A DNA stretch of 64,000 bases from Haliotis cracherodii (taxonomy: Eukaryota): assembly GCF_022045235.1 (NCBI RefSeq), contig NW_027266308.1, positions 9,734,001 to 9,798,000 of the forward strand. The letters run 5' to 3'. A model generated the notes under the pieces. That model did no database searches, was not told the origin of the DNA, and worked only from the letters and a program-made list of their open reading frames with translations. Within the stretch, counting starts at the first letter, position 1, and each line of letters starts with the position of its first letter. Shown piece after piece: positions 51,014-63,117 of the stretch. A program made the translations under genes and the position numbers.

Positions 51014-51304
51014 CTGTAATAAGTACAGGCGAATCACATTAACTGTGAACTAGATAACTAGAACGGCCCTGCAGCTCACCAGGATATATCGTCAACAGTT
51101 TATTGTGGGGAAATTATACTGTGTCTCCTCACACATCAACTCACTGTTAATTAACATTAAGTGAATGTCATAAGCAGCAGTCTTCAATGTTCCTGCTATA
51201 TCACTATCTGTAAATATTCAAGTCTGGGTCAGGCAAACCAGTGACTGAAAACATGAGCATCATCTCACGCGAGGGTGTGATGTGAGCCTATTCTGTAATG
51301 GGCA

Positions 51305-52822
51305 CCTATTCTGATTGGGAATCCCCACTGGGAGGTGTACCTATTCTGACTGGGAATCCCCATTGGGAGGTGTATCTATTCGGACTGGGAATCCCCACTG
51401 GAAGGTGTATCTATTCTGACTGGGAATCCCCACATAGGGGTGTATCTATTCTGACTGGAAATCCCCACATACAGGTGTATCTATTCTGACCAGGAGTCCC
51501 CACATAGGGGTGAATCTATTCTGACTGGGAATCCCCACATAGGGGTGTATCTATTTTGACTGGGAATCCCCATTGGGAGGTGTATCTATTCCAACTGGGA
51601 ATCTCCATTGGGAGGTTTATCTTTTCTGACTGGGAATCCCAAATGGGAGGTGTATCTATTCCAACTGGGAATCCCCATTGGGAGGTGTATCTATTCCAAC
51701 TGGGAATCTCCATTGGGAGGTGTATCTATTCCAACTGGGAATCCCCATTGGGAGGTGTATCTATTCCGACTGGGAATCCCCACTGGGAGGTGTATCTATT
51801 CCAACTGGGAATCCCCATTGGGAGGTGTATCTATTCCAACTGGGAATCTCCATTGGGAGGTGTATCTACTCTGACTGGGAATCCCCCTTTGGGAGGTGTA
51901 TCCATTCCAACTGGGAATCCCCATTGGGAGGTGTATCTATTTTGACTGGGAATCCCCATTGGGAGGTGTATCTATTCTGACTGGGAATCCCCACTGGGAG
52001 GTGTATCTACTCTGACTGGGAATCCCCATTGGGAGGTGTATCTATTCCGACTGGGAATCCCCATTGGGAGGTGTATCTATTTTGACTGAGAATCCCCATT
52101 GGGAGGTGTATCTATTCCAACTGGGAATCTCCACATACAGGTGTATCTATTCTGACCAGGAGTCCCCACATAAGGGTGAATCTATTCCGACTGGGAATCC
52201 CCACTGGGAGGTGTATCTATTCCGACTGGGAATCCCCACTGGGAGGTGTATCTAATCCGACTGGGAATCTCCATTGGGAGGTGTATCTACTCTGACTGGG
52301 AATCCCCCTTTGGGAGGTGTATCCATTCCAACTGGGAATCCCCATTGGGAGGTGTATCTATTCTGACTGGGAATCCCCACTGGGAGGTGTATCTACTCTG
52401 ACTGGGAATCCCCATTGGGAGATGTATCTATTCCGACTGGGAATCCCCATTGGGAGGTGTATCTATTTTGACTGAGAATCCCCATTGGGAGGTGTATCTA
52501 TTCCAACTGGGAATCTCTACATACAGGTGTATCTATTCTGACCAGGAGTCCCCACATAAGGGTGAATCTATTCCGACTGGGAATCCCCACTGGGAGGTGT
52601 ATCTATTCCGACTGGGAATCCCCACTGGGAGGTGTATCTAATCCGACTGGGAATCCCTATTGAGAGGTGTATATATTCTGACTGGGAATCCCCACTGGTA
52701 GGTTTATCTATTCTGACTGGGAATCCCCACTGGGAGGTGTATCTATTCTGACTGGGAATCACTACTGGTAGGTTTATCTTTTCTGACTTGGAATCCCCAC
52801 ATCGGGGTTTACCAATTCTGAC
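51305..52822. repeat. 35-bp minisatellite (ACTGGGAATCCCCATTGGGAGGTGTATCTATTCCA)n
   Basis: About 43 units, including a ~386-bp higher-order duplication (identical ORFs at 52064 and 52450). Confidence 0.97.
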
Positions 52823-52844
52823 TAATATGGTAAGGAAGACGTAC

Positions 52845-52985
52845 CTCAACGTTCCAGATCCAGAGTTCAGAGCAGTCGTCTGGGCCACACGCCACGATGT
52901 GTGAGCTGTCGGGACTCCATGCTATGTAGGCTACTCCATATGGATGGCTGTCGTATGTCTTTCTGTGTCGTAATTCATGAGTTTC
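52845..52985 (-). CDS. WDR26: WDR26 coding exon (WD40)
   Basis: [47 protein letters not shown]. 141 nt. Confidence 0.95.
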
Positions 52986-53146
52986 CTGTGTAGAACATTG
53001 AGGACTCACATTATTATTTCTTGCCTTAGCGAGTGAGCGAAATGGTCATAACGTCACTTTGAATAGTATTCTTGTCATATCACAGTGTGTCAGCTTAATG
53101 TTGGATGAAAGCCCAAAGCAATGCAGGTCTCAGACGTCAAGCCAAG

Positions 53147-53429
53147 TGAGTGAGTGAGTGAGTTGGGTTTAACGCCGCTTTTAACATTATTCCAGTTATA
53201 TCTCGGCGTGTCAGTTGAATGTGGGAGAAAAGCCTGAAGTGATGCAGGTCTCATACGTTTACCACTTCGGTGAAACCCACGAGCACGGGTATGGTGCTGA
53301 CAAACCTAGAAACATAATCGGGGCGAACCAGGATTCGAACCCACAATCATAGGTTTCTGGCGTGCCCAAGGGACGCAACTCTGCACAGCGAATCGCGGCG
53401 CCTTAGACGACTGGGCCACTCGTCCCCCC
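53147..53429 (-). mobile_element. SINE family B, adjacent to or nested in an older family B 3' fragment
   Basis: 13-bp TSD ACGTCAAGCCAAG; degenerate B tail at about 53030-53133. Confidence 0.9.
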
Positions 53430-53514
53430 ACGTCAAGCCAAGAGACAAAACAATGATATATAAGGGTCTGGGCAAATAATGTCTGATACTTAGGATTTCT
53501 GATGGCCAGATGAT

Positions 53515-53770
53515 TTTGTTTTGTTTTGTTTGTTTGTTTAACGCCGCACTCAGCAATATTTCAGCAATATTTCAGCTATATGATGGCGGTCTGTAAACAT
53601 TCAAGTCTGGACCAAACATTCCAGTGACTGACATCATGAGCATCAATCCACAAAACTAGGATACTATAACATGCATCAACTAAGTCACAGAGCCTGACCA
53701 CCCAATCTTGTTAGTCATCTCTTACGAGAAGCAAAGTCGCCTCTTACGGCAAGCATGGGTTGCTGAAGAC
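53515..53770 (-). mobile_element. Retroposon family C
   Basis: Same body with (TTTG)n tail. Other partial copies at about 9511-9745, 30150-30353, 35470-35583 and 50625-50700. Confidence 0.8.
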
Positions 53771-54121
53771 GAGGACAATGTTTTGAGATGAGAGAAGTGA
53801 GACCTGCACAGTACAACATCTTCAGCATGCTGATACACAATCAAATTAATAACTGTTAGACATTCAACCTGTTACCATGGTTAAGAGAAAACAAAATGTT
53901 AGACACATGGAAGATCCAGGGTTAGAATAGGTCTTCAACAACCCATTCTTGCCGTAAAAGTAGACTATGCTGACACGTAATAGTGTAATAACTCATAATT
54001 TGGCTTTGTAGACATCACTTCAACAAACAATATTTCCCCAAAATGTCCTGACAACATGGACCAGGGCAATTAGTTTGGATAAATCCCTGATCATGGACAG
54101 GAAACTGTTCAGTCAACTTAC

Positions 54122-54260
54122 TAGATCTACATCCCACACAATCATTGTGCAATCCTTCGAGCCGGTGGCGAGTTTGGTACCATCTGGTGAGAAGCGACAG
54201 AACCACACCTCGTCACAGTGGTCGTTGAGAATCTGTATCGTGTTGCATGGAAACTGGTCC
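54122..54260 (-). CDS. WDR26: WDR26 coding exon (WD40)
   Basis: [46 protein letters not shown]. 139 nt. Confidence 0.95.
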
Positions 54261-54615
54261 CTGCACAAGCTCAAGTACATTACCAACATGGTCAGACATG
54301 GCCACAACAAACCCTTGTTCACAACATTATTATCTTACTCTCCTGCTCGTAAATATCAACAGACTTATTCCTGCCGAGTCACAAATCAACTGCTAGGAAG
54401 CTAATCCAGGGCTGTATATTATAACTAGATCATTCATATTTCTCAGGATTTCAAATATATTCATAATTTTGGGCGTTAACTGGAAATCATCTAAAATGTC
54501 ATCAAGAAAATGTTCTGAAATGACCTATACAATTCAAGGTTTCAGAATCAATGCCTGGCATTATGACCGTTACTCCCTCCCCCAGTTGTTACACTGGTCA
54601 GCAGACTGGACTTAC

Positions 54616-54772
54616 TTGCTGCAGACATGGTCCAGGAGCAGGGAGACTGCGTCCAGCCCGCTGTCCAGACGGGTGTTGTGATAGGGACACTTGTCCTTCT
54701 GCAGCTCCACTGCCTGTGTGAGCAGCGTCAGCAGACGGCGAGGTGGCAACATTACTGTGGGGGGCAGAAAGG
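54616..54772 (-). CDS. WDR26: WDR26 coding exon
   Basis: [51 protein letters not shown]. 157 nt. Confidence 0.95.
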
Positions 54773-54774
54773 CT

Positions 54775-55075
54775 GCAGACAGATGGCATATTCCTTAGAC
54801 ATATTCTATTTGGTCGATAGTCTAACAGTCACCTGAGGCAGACGGCATATTCTATGGCTCTATGGTCTATCAGTCACCTGAGCCAGATGGCATATCCCTA
54901 AACATATTTTATGTGTTCTACGGTCTATCAGTCACTCGAGGCAGACGGCATATTCAAAAACATATTCTATGTGTTCTACGGTCTAACAGTCACCTGAGAC
55001 AGCATATTTATAAACATATTCTAAGTGGTCTACAGTCTAACAGTCACTTGTGGCAGACGGCATATTCCTTAAACA
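54775..55075. repeat. Degenerate ~60-bp tandem repeat abutting a WDR26 acceptor
   Basis: Recurrent CAGAYGGCATATTC...GGTCTAACAGTCACCTGAG blocks. Confidence 0.75.
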
Positions 55076-55562
55076 TCACCTGCTCTCCCTGAATGTTGCA
55101 GTGGAGTGGACGTAATGCTACCTAACCAGTACAGACACTGCGTCCAAAAGTAGTGTGTCAGGCAACAATCATCACACATAACCTGTATTCAAAATATATT
55201 CATATTCCTTGATTGAAATTATCTGCTATACTATCTGTTTTGGACAATTACTAATTCTATCTTTGATCAGTTTTGTTTTTCTGTCTGTTTTTTTTCCTGA
55301 TTATCACTTGTGAGCCCAGGAGTCCAGAAAATACATTAGCTGTAATAATCACGAGCTACAATAGGTAGATTCAATACAATGTCATTTTGAAAGAGAACAT
55401 GACCTTGTCACATCAATCTGTTGCAAGATACTGTCAAGCTCACAAGATTTGGATTTTAGCCAACAGGTAGACATGCACCAACAGATCGCTGCCAATAGGA
55501 AGGCAACGTGTGTGTCTGGGTGACATCACAAGATACAGCGACAGTCCTGTGCTGCTACTTAC

Positions 55563-55660
55563 ACTGTAGTTTCTCCACAAGCCTCTGTCGGGACTCGGAC
55601 CCCTTGCCCTGCCAGTCGGCCATGTCGCGCAAATCCTCTGGGGTGCTGCACATCATATAT
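55563..55660 (-). CDS. WDR26: WDR26 coding exon
   Basis: YMMCSTPEDLRDMADWQGKGSESRQRLVEKLQ. 98 nt, phase-consistent. Confidence 0.93.
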
Positions 55661-55667
55661 CTGGAAC

Positions 55668-56500
55668 ACAGGGGACTAGATAATACTCTACACCACGCAG
55701 GGGACTAGATAATACTCTACACCACGCTGGGGGCCAGATAATACTCTACACCACACAGGGGACTAGATAATACTCTACACCACACTGGGGACTAGATAAT
55801 ACTCTACACCACGCTGGGGACTAGATAATACTCTACACCACACTGGGGACTAGATAATACTCTACACCACACAGGGGACTAGATAATACTCTACACCACG
55901 CTGGGGACTAGATAATACTCTACACCATGCAGGGGACCAGATAATACTCTACACCATGCAGTGGACTAGATAATACTCTACACCACACAGGGGATTAGAT
56001 AATACTCTACACCATGCAGGGGACCAGATAATACTCTACACCATGCAGTGGACTAGATAATACTCTACACCACACAGGGGACTAGATAATACTCTACACC
56101 ACGCAGGGGACTAGATAATACTCTACACCACGCTGGGGACTAGATAATACTCTACACCACGCTGGGGACTAGATAATACTCTACACCACACTGGGGACAA
56201 GATAATACTCTACACCACACTGGGGACTAGATAATACTCTACACCACACAGGGGACTAGATAATACTCTACACCACGCAGGGGACTAGATAATACTCTAC
56301 ACCACACTGGGGACTAGATAATACTCTACACCACGCAGGGGACTAGATAATACTCTACTCCACACTGGGGACCAGATAATACTCTACACCACACTGGGGA
56401 CTACATAATACTCTACTCCACACTGGGGACCAGATAATACTCTACACCACACAGGGGACCAGATAATACTCTACACCACACAGGGGACCAGATAATACTC
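55668..56500. repeat. 29-bp minisatellite (GGGGACTAGATAATACTCTACACCACACA)n
   Basis: About 28 units starting within 10 bp of the WDR26 acceptor at 55661. Confidence 0.97.
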
Positions 56501-56551
56501 GATGATACGCTACACAACATAGGGCCCTGCTAGAGCCATGACCCACAGTCA

Positions 56552-58202
56552 GTCCCCTGTACAATATATCACCACTGAGGTCCCCTGTTCAATATACCAC
56601 CACTGAGGTCCCCTGTACAATATACCACCACCGAGGTTTCCTATACAATATACCCCCACTGAGGTCTCCTATACAATATACCACTGAGGCCCACCGTACA
56701 ACAAACCACCACTGAGGTCCCCTGTACGACATACCACCACTGAGGTCCCCTGTACAATATACCACCACTGAGGTCCCCTGTACAATATACCACCACTGAG
56801 GTCCCCTGTACAATATGCCACCACTGAGGTCCCCTGTACAATATACCACCACTGAGGTCCCCTGTACAATATACCACCATGAGGTCCCCTGTACAATATA
56901 CCACCATGAGGTCCCCTGTACAATATACCACCACTGAGGTCCCCTGTACAATATACCACCACTGAGGTCCCCTGTACAATATACCACCACTGAGGTCCCC
57001 TGTACAGTATACCACCGAGGTCCCCTGTACAATATACCACCACTGAGATCCCTGTAGAATATGCCACCACTGAGGTCCCCTGTACAATATACCACCACTG
57101 AGGTCCCCTGTACAATATACCACCACTGAGGTCCCCTGTACAATATACCACCACTGAGGTCCCCTGTACAATATACCACCACGGAGGTCCCCTGTACAAT
57201 ATACCACCACTGAGGTCCCCTGTACAATATACCACCACTGAGGTCACCTGTACCATAAACCACCACTGAGGTCCCCTGTACAATTTACCACCACTGAGGT
57301 CCCTGTACAATATACCACCACTGAGGTCCCCTGTACAATATACAAACGCTGAGGTCCCCTGTACAATATACCACCACTGAGGTCCCCTGTACAATATACC
57401 ACCACTGAGGTGCTCCCACTACTAGTCATGACCCACAGTCAGTCCCCTGTACAATTTACCACCACTGAGGTCCCCTGTACAATATACCACCACTGAGGTA
57501 CCCTGTACAATATACCACCACTGAGGTCCCCTGTACAATATACCACCACTGAGGTGCTCCCACTACTAGTCATGACCCACAGTCAATCCCCTGTACAATT
57601 TACCACCACTGAGGTCCCCTGTACAATATACCACCACTGAGGTCCCCTGTACAATATACCACCACTGAGGTACCCTGTACAATATACCACCACTGAGGTA
57701 CCCTGTACAATATACCACCACTGAGGTCCCCTGTACAATATACCACCACCGAGGTCCCCTGTACAATATACAACCACTGAGGTCCCCGGTACAGTATACA
57801 ACCACCGAGGTCCCCTGTACAATATACAACCACCGAGGTCCCCTGTACAATATACAACCACTGAGGTCCCCTGTACAATATACCACCACTGAGGTACCCT
57901 GTACAATTTACCACCACCACCGAGGTCCCCTGTACAATATACCACCACTGAGGTCACCTGTACAATATACCACCACCGAGGTCCCCTGTACAATATACCA
58001 CCACTGAGGTACCCTGTACAATTTACCACCACCACCGAGGTCCACTGTACAATATACCACCACTGAGGTCACCTGTACAATATACCACCACCGAGGTCCC
58101 CTGTACAATATACCACCACTGAGATCCCCTGTACAATATACAACCACCGAGGTCCCCTGTACAATATACCACCACTGAGGTCCCCTGTACAATATACCAC
58201 CA
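56552..58202. repeat. 28-bp minisatellite (CCACTGAGGTCCCCTGTACAATATACCA)n
   Basis: About 55 units, with recurrent interruptions containing CATGACCCACAGTCA. Confidence 0.97.
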
Positions 58203-58428
58203 CAATCATCTGCAGTAGTTTCAGCAATGTTGCCTGTGTGTCAGCAGTGGCCATAAAATGTCCGTGTCCTGCAACTACTTTACCTTGGGATTAGTAGAGA
58301 GTGCTCAGGTTAGTTTAAGGAGGTACTTCCATACTGAACTAGATTTGTTACCTATGTTTAAAATACCTAAGTTAAAATGCACAATATTTACATTCTGCTC
58401 CATGTGTACGTATGAAGGCACCACTTAC

Positions 58429-58565
58429 GAGCTGAGGACATGCACCCTCTCTGTGTTGTACTTGAGGGGGGTGAGCTCGTGGCGCAGACAGCTGAGCGCC
58501 TCCAGGACTCGCCCGTCCTCCAGCTGCTCCAGGTACTTCTGCTCCAGCAGCAAGAACTTCATCTT
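58429..58565 (-). CDS. WDR26: WDR26 coding exon (CTLH domain)
   Basis: [45 protein letters not shown]. 137 nt. Confidence 0.95.
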
Positions 58566-58867
58566 CTGCAATACAACACAACACAAAACACACTCAATGA
58601 TAATAATGTGCCTGTGGTTTTGACACAGAGGTCTATCCATGGTACGCCCTAGAATATCTAGAGGGGGTCATGAAAAATGACAAATACCAAATTCTTTGGA
58701 ACAGAGTATATACAGCCTCAGACGCATCCAGGCCAACAAACTTGATCTTGTCCTTTTTGATAAATCCAATGAAATCATTTTTCACATTGAATTTTCTGTC
58801 CCTTTTGACACTATACAACTTTCGCATATCCTTTCTAATTCACATATTTCGACTACAACAAGCAGCA

Positions 58868-59031
58868 AGTGAGTGAGTATTGTTTTACGCTGCTTTTAGC
58901 AACATTCCACCATTAGAACAGTAGGGGCGCACCAGAAATGGGCCTCACACATTGTATACATGTGGGGAATTAACCTGGGGTCTTCAGCGTGACGAGTGAA
59001 CACTTTAACCATTAGGCAACCCCACCGCCCC
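58868..59031 (-). mobile_element. SINE family A
   Basis: Same body; 9-bp TSD CAAGCAGCA. Confidence 0.85.
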
Positions 59032-59089
59032 CAAGCAGCATGTATCCCCCCACACTGGGGGCACATTCCCCTGGATGTATTGGACTTAC

Positions 59090-59146
59090 CAGAAGGCCCT
59101 GGGCACACTCCACGAGGGACTTGAGTTCATTCAGGGCTGTCTCCGC
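59090..59146 (-). CDS. WDR26: WDR26 (CTLH/GID complex subunit) coding exon, first one found in the window
   Basis: AETALNELKSLVECAQGLL, homologous to AENDLNELKPLV. AG/GTAAGT boundaries, 57 nt. Confidence 0.85.
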
Positions 59147-59217
59147 CTACAACACAATCATGGATGCCATCATGTAGATCATGGTCAATACCAGAATAGA
59201 CTCTTGCCAGAGTTACA

Positions 59218-59623
59218 CACAACTCCAGATAACTATTTGAGCAATTCAGTTTTTACTCTAGGGTTTCTATTTTAATTGGGTTATTACATGTTTCATTGGG
59301 AAACCAATATTTTTTCACTCATCTATTCATCACTCTATCGGGTTTTTCCCAAAATTAGTGACCATTCTAAGATTTCTAAAATGAAATAATGTTTTAGATG
59401 TATATAACTGTTGAATATATAGGCTTGACTCGGAGAGTAAATTAGCTTGAAATTGTGTTTCGGAAATTAGCTCCTTTGTACGCATGCTGAAAAAGCTTCA
59501 TTGGGTAATTACGCGTGCTGCTTATATGCATTTGAGTTTTTCATTTAATGCATGCGTTTCTGTACACAAGTTAATTGACATTAATTGGTATATTACGCAA
59601 ATACGCTGCTTATCTGCAGCTCT
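59218..59623 (+). mobile_element. Non-autonomous DNA element (family F), copy 2
   Basis: Colinear similarity to 29340-29776, e.g. GTACGCATGCTGAAAAAGCTTCATTGGGTA. Confidence 0.7.
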
Positions 59624-60181
59624 GGTTACATATCATGATTTTCACTTAGGCTTAGCATTGCAAAGTAAACTTGTATTTCAGAAGATTGACAGGACCAAAA
59701 GGATACTAAAGGGTTTAAAATTGAATGGAATGTTAAAAACCTCATTAAAAAGTCCCAATTTCAAACAAAATGTTATTTTCCAAACTGGCACTGAGTTTAA
59801 ATCCTAAACCCTCAGGGTGTTTACAGGTCATAGGGACAATAATCAGCACAAATCAGACGTTTGAACCCATGGTCAGCAGATTCTGACACAGGTAAGGGAG
59901 GCAACTTTTCGCAACACATTGCATGACCTAAAATTCATTCAGACACTGGTGCCCATAACATCATGACAAGTTACTTGGGGTGAAGATCTAAGAGCTTAAA
60001 ACACTCTTGATACTATTGGTAAATGGGTGCGTCTAGCTGCATATTTCACCAAGACACTACAGCAAAATCATCCTGCTATTTGTTCATCAAATTTTAACCT
60101 GCTCATATTTTTTTAAAGACGAAAAACACAGAACCATATGTCAGATTCAGTGAAATCTAAATATTTTTTACATTTGTCTAT

Positions 60182-60433
60182 TTATCCTGCATTTACTGCT
60201 TACCTTACAAACAAGTGAAAGTAAGACAAGGCACGACATGTTCCTCAGGTGGGCGACAAGTGGTAATATGATTTCATGTGACGTCACATCTGGTCACGTG
60301 CAGCGATGGTCCTACGAAAACAGGGACTTTAGAAGGAAACAGCTTTTTCTCTTTCACCCTGGACCATCGCTAGGGGCTGTCTCTTTTTGTCGTAAGGTAA
60401 GCAGTAAATGCATCAAGGAGTAATGCAGGATAA
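60182..60433. mobile_element. MITE-like inverted-repeat element
   Basis: Perfect 20-bp inverted repeat GCATTTACTGCTTACCTTAC / GTAAGGTAAGCAGTAAATGC. Confidence 0.65.
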
Positions 60434-60821
60434 GTAGAAAATGATCCCTTTTGTTATAAACAATCGCATACTAGAAAGGCTCGGCAGCCATTTGTAACCA
60501 TAGCAACGATTATTCGAGGAAGCTAATCCAATGACCAATAAGAGTTCAAGAAATATTATTTGTCTGAGATTATCAGTACCAGGAAGATTTTAGTTTATTT
60601 CTTTATTGACAGAACCCAGAGACTTATTTACATACCTTCTTAATATACTGACTATCTAGATTGTATCATAATACATATTTTTGAATCCTCGCACCACAGT
60701 TTAACGATATACCGCTATTAACCGTCAGTCTTACTCAGGAGTTTGTCGCATGTGAAAGTATCAAATGGCTACAGTATCTTTATGCTTCTCAGGGGATGTC
60801 ATCATGTCAACATGTTATCAC

Positions 60822-62008
60822 TCGGGCTGTTACGATTCACTCGCATATTCGGTGAATCGAACCGTATCCATTCATGAATTGAATTTGTTAATTGTGGCCA
60901 CTAGAATTGAATATTTATGAAAATGCAATCATGTGCATTTACAAACCCTGTACCTCAAACATCCATAAAAACATATGATATGCATAGATTTCTTCAAAAA
61001 CAACACTTATAATATTTAATTTAATAGTAATGTGGTCAGCAAAATACTAGTACCTGGATAAGTGCAGTATATAAATGTATAATATATTAATAATTAACAA
61101 ACTATGTCAAATAATTTATGTTATCGTTCCACTGAATATGACAAATAATACATCAACTGTTGACTTGTTATTGTAATCGTGAATTAATATTCATTTTCAT
61201 TTGAGGATCGACTGTATATTTTTTCGGTTCATTGAGGTATGAACCAAAACACTGATGTGCAAACTGTATGAATCCGCATAGCGGATTGTTACAAAAGTTC
61301 GAACATCAGTTTTTCGATCCATACCTCAATAAACCGAAAAAAATATACAGTCAATGCTTATAATTAAATTCGACAACGTAAAACATGTTTTATCTACAAT
61401 AGTTTAACCCAAAACAGTTGCATTTATCAAAACAGACAAAAATGACGACATTGATAAACATTCCAGGTGTAGGAATACATACAGTGGTGTGACATGAATC
61501 AGGTGATAGTTTAATTTATGCACATAACTTGACACGCCTACACAGTCAGTAGCCAATCAACGGAGAGTGGGATTTAAACAATGTTCATTGGACCTGTCAA
61601 ATAAGGCAAGAGGCAAAAGAACTGCAACAGTCAGACTGTAACGAAACGGAAAAAATATGTCCGAGAGAAGGCGGCTGTTTCAAATAACATTTACTGCATG
61701 ATTCAAACATTACTTCCCTGATTACGGTAAAACACAGTTGGAGAAATGCTAGTTAGAAATGAAACCCGAAGACATGAAAGTTAAACCAAGGCGAGCGGGA
61801 TTCCCCGACATTCCGCAGTAATAAAAGTAGTGCGCCGCGGTGGGCGTGGCCTAATTCTTTACATTCGTTGGGAAATGAATGCAATAACATGTGACCAATT
61901 CAGCTAATCAGAATGCAGGAATTTCCATGAACAAACGAAAATTTAATTATTACCCTATATTCGTGATACGAATCGTCTTTACCCCATAGTGTATTCATTG
62001 CAGCCCTA
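60822..62008. mobile_element. hAT-type non-autonomous element carrying a nested hairpin element
   Basis: TCGGGCTG...CAGCCCTA termini with perfect 8-bp TSD GTTATCAC (60814-60821 and 62009-62016). Confidence 0.75.
61210..61352. repeat. Long imperfect hairpin with central AATCCGC-ATA-GCGGATT
   Basis: Arms GACTGTATATTTTTTCGGTTCATTGAGGTATG / CATACCTCAATAAACCGAAAAAAATATACAGTC. Confidence 0.85.
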
Positions 62009-62344
62009 GTTATCACTATCCAGACTACTGACTAGCTAACTTTTCAAGTTAAATTGTACAGCTGTTCAGTGTGTAAATGTATTCTTGCAGTTATTACTCT
62101 GTTAAAATAAATAAAACATTCAGCAACTGCAGTAATAGCTTGATGATGTATAAAACACGGTCACTCTAAAATCAAAGACGCTGGAATTGATAAGATAGTG
62201 TATCAATCAGTAAGTAACTTAATTCCCGGGCACGGCTTAATGCATGGAAGCATATGAACCTGCAACATATACTGACAGTAGGGCTGGGACAAGTCCAGAT
62301 GTACTACCCGGGTACCCACCCCTCTATTACCTGACCCTACCCTG

Positions 62345-62593
62345 CACACAGACCGCAGCCTTCCAAACTAGGCATTGTCAGCAAGAAGGAAATTGACAGT
62401 CACGTCATGAGGATTAACAAACACCGAGCACATTTACATCTTACAGCGGTAATATGACAATACACATCTTGAATATTCCATTTTAGCGCTGTAAGATGTA
62501 AATTTACTCACTGTTTGTTGATCCTCATAATCATGACTGTCAAGTTCCTTCTTGTTCTGACAATGCCGTGTTTGGAGGGCTGTAGACTGTGTG
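62345..62593. mobile_element. Foldback MITE with CACACAG...CTGTGTG termini
   Basis: About 105-bp imperfect inverted arms around a short spacer. Confidence 0.7.
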
Positions 62594-62850
62594 TTTTAGT
62601 GTTGGCTGGTTTTCGGCAGCATGCTCTCAGATTTATGATTCTGTATCTTAGTTTTTGGTTACATTCTCATTGTTCTTTGTTGCCGATTCCTTGTGTATTG
62701 TAGACATGTGACAGTTTTCTTTTGCAGTCTGTAAGTTTTCATTGGTAGGCCTGCCTAACAAGCCTGAAATTCTACTAACCCTTGGGATACCTTTAACATC
62801 AGACAAACCGACTCAAGACTAGCAGACTAGTGCCAAGTTGCATCCCTGCA

Positions 62851-63117
62851 CTTCTACTTTTTTTTATTTAACGCCGCACTCAGCAATATTCCAGCCATAT
62901 GACAGCAGTCTGTAAGTAATCGAGTCTGGACCAGACAATCCAGTGATTGACATCATGAGCATCTATCTAATCAATTAGGATACGATGACATGCATCAACC
63001 AAGTCATCTAGCCTGACCACCTGATCCAATAAGTCACCTCTTACGACAAGCATCGTCACCTTTAACAACAAGCATGGGTTGCGGAAGACCTATTCTACCC
63101 CTGATCTTCATGGGGTC
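62851..63117 (-). mobile_element. Retroposon family C
   Basis: 11-bp TSD GCATCCCTGCA; same body. Confidence 0.85.

Noticed and set aside
51298-52641. GNPHWEVYLF-repeat ORFs
   Set aside because: 35-bp unit (not a multiple of 3) cycling through frames; intronic.
56589-58254. YRGPQWW-repeat ORFs
   Set aside because: 28-bp minisatellite; intronic.
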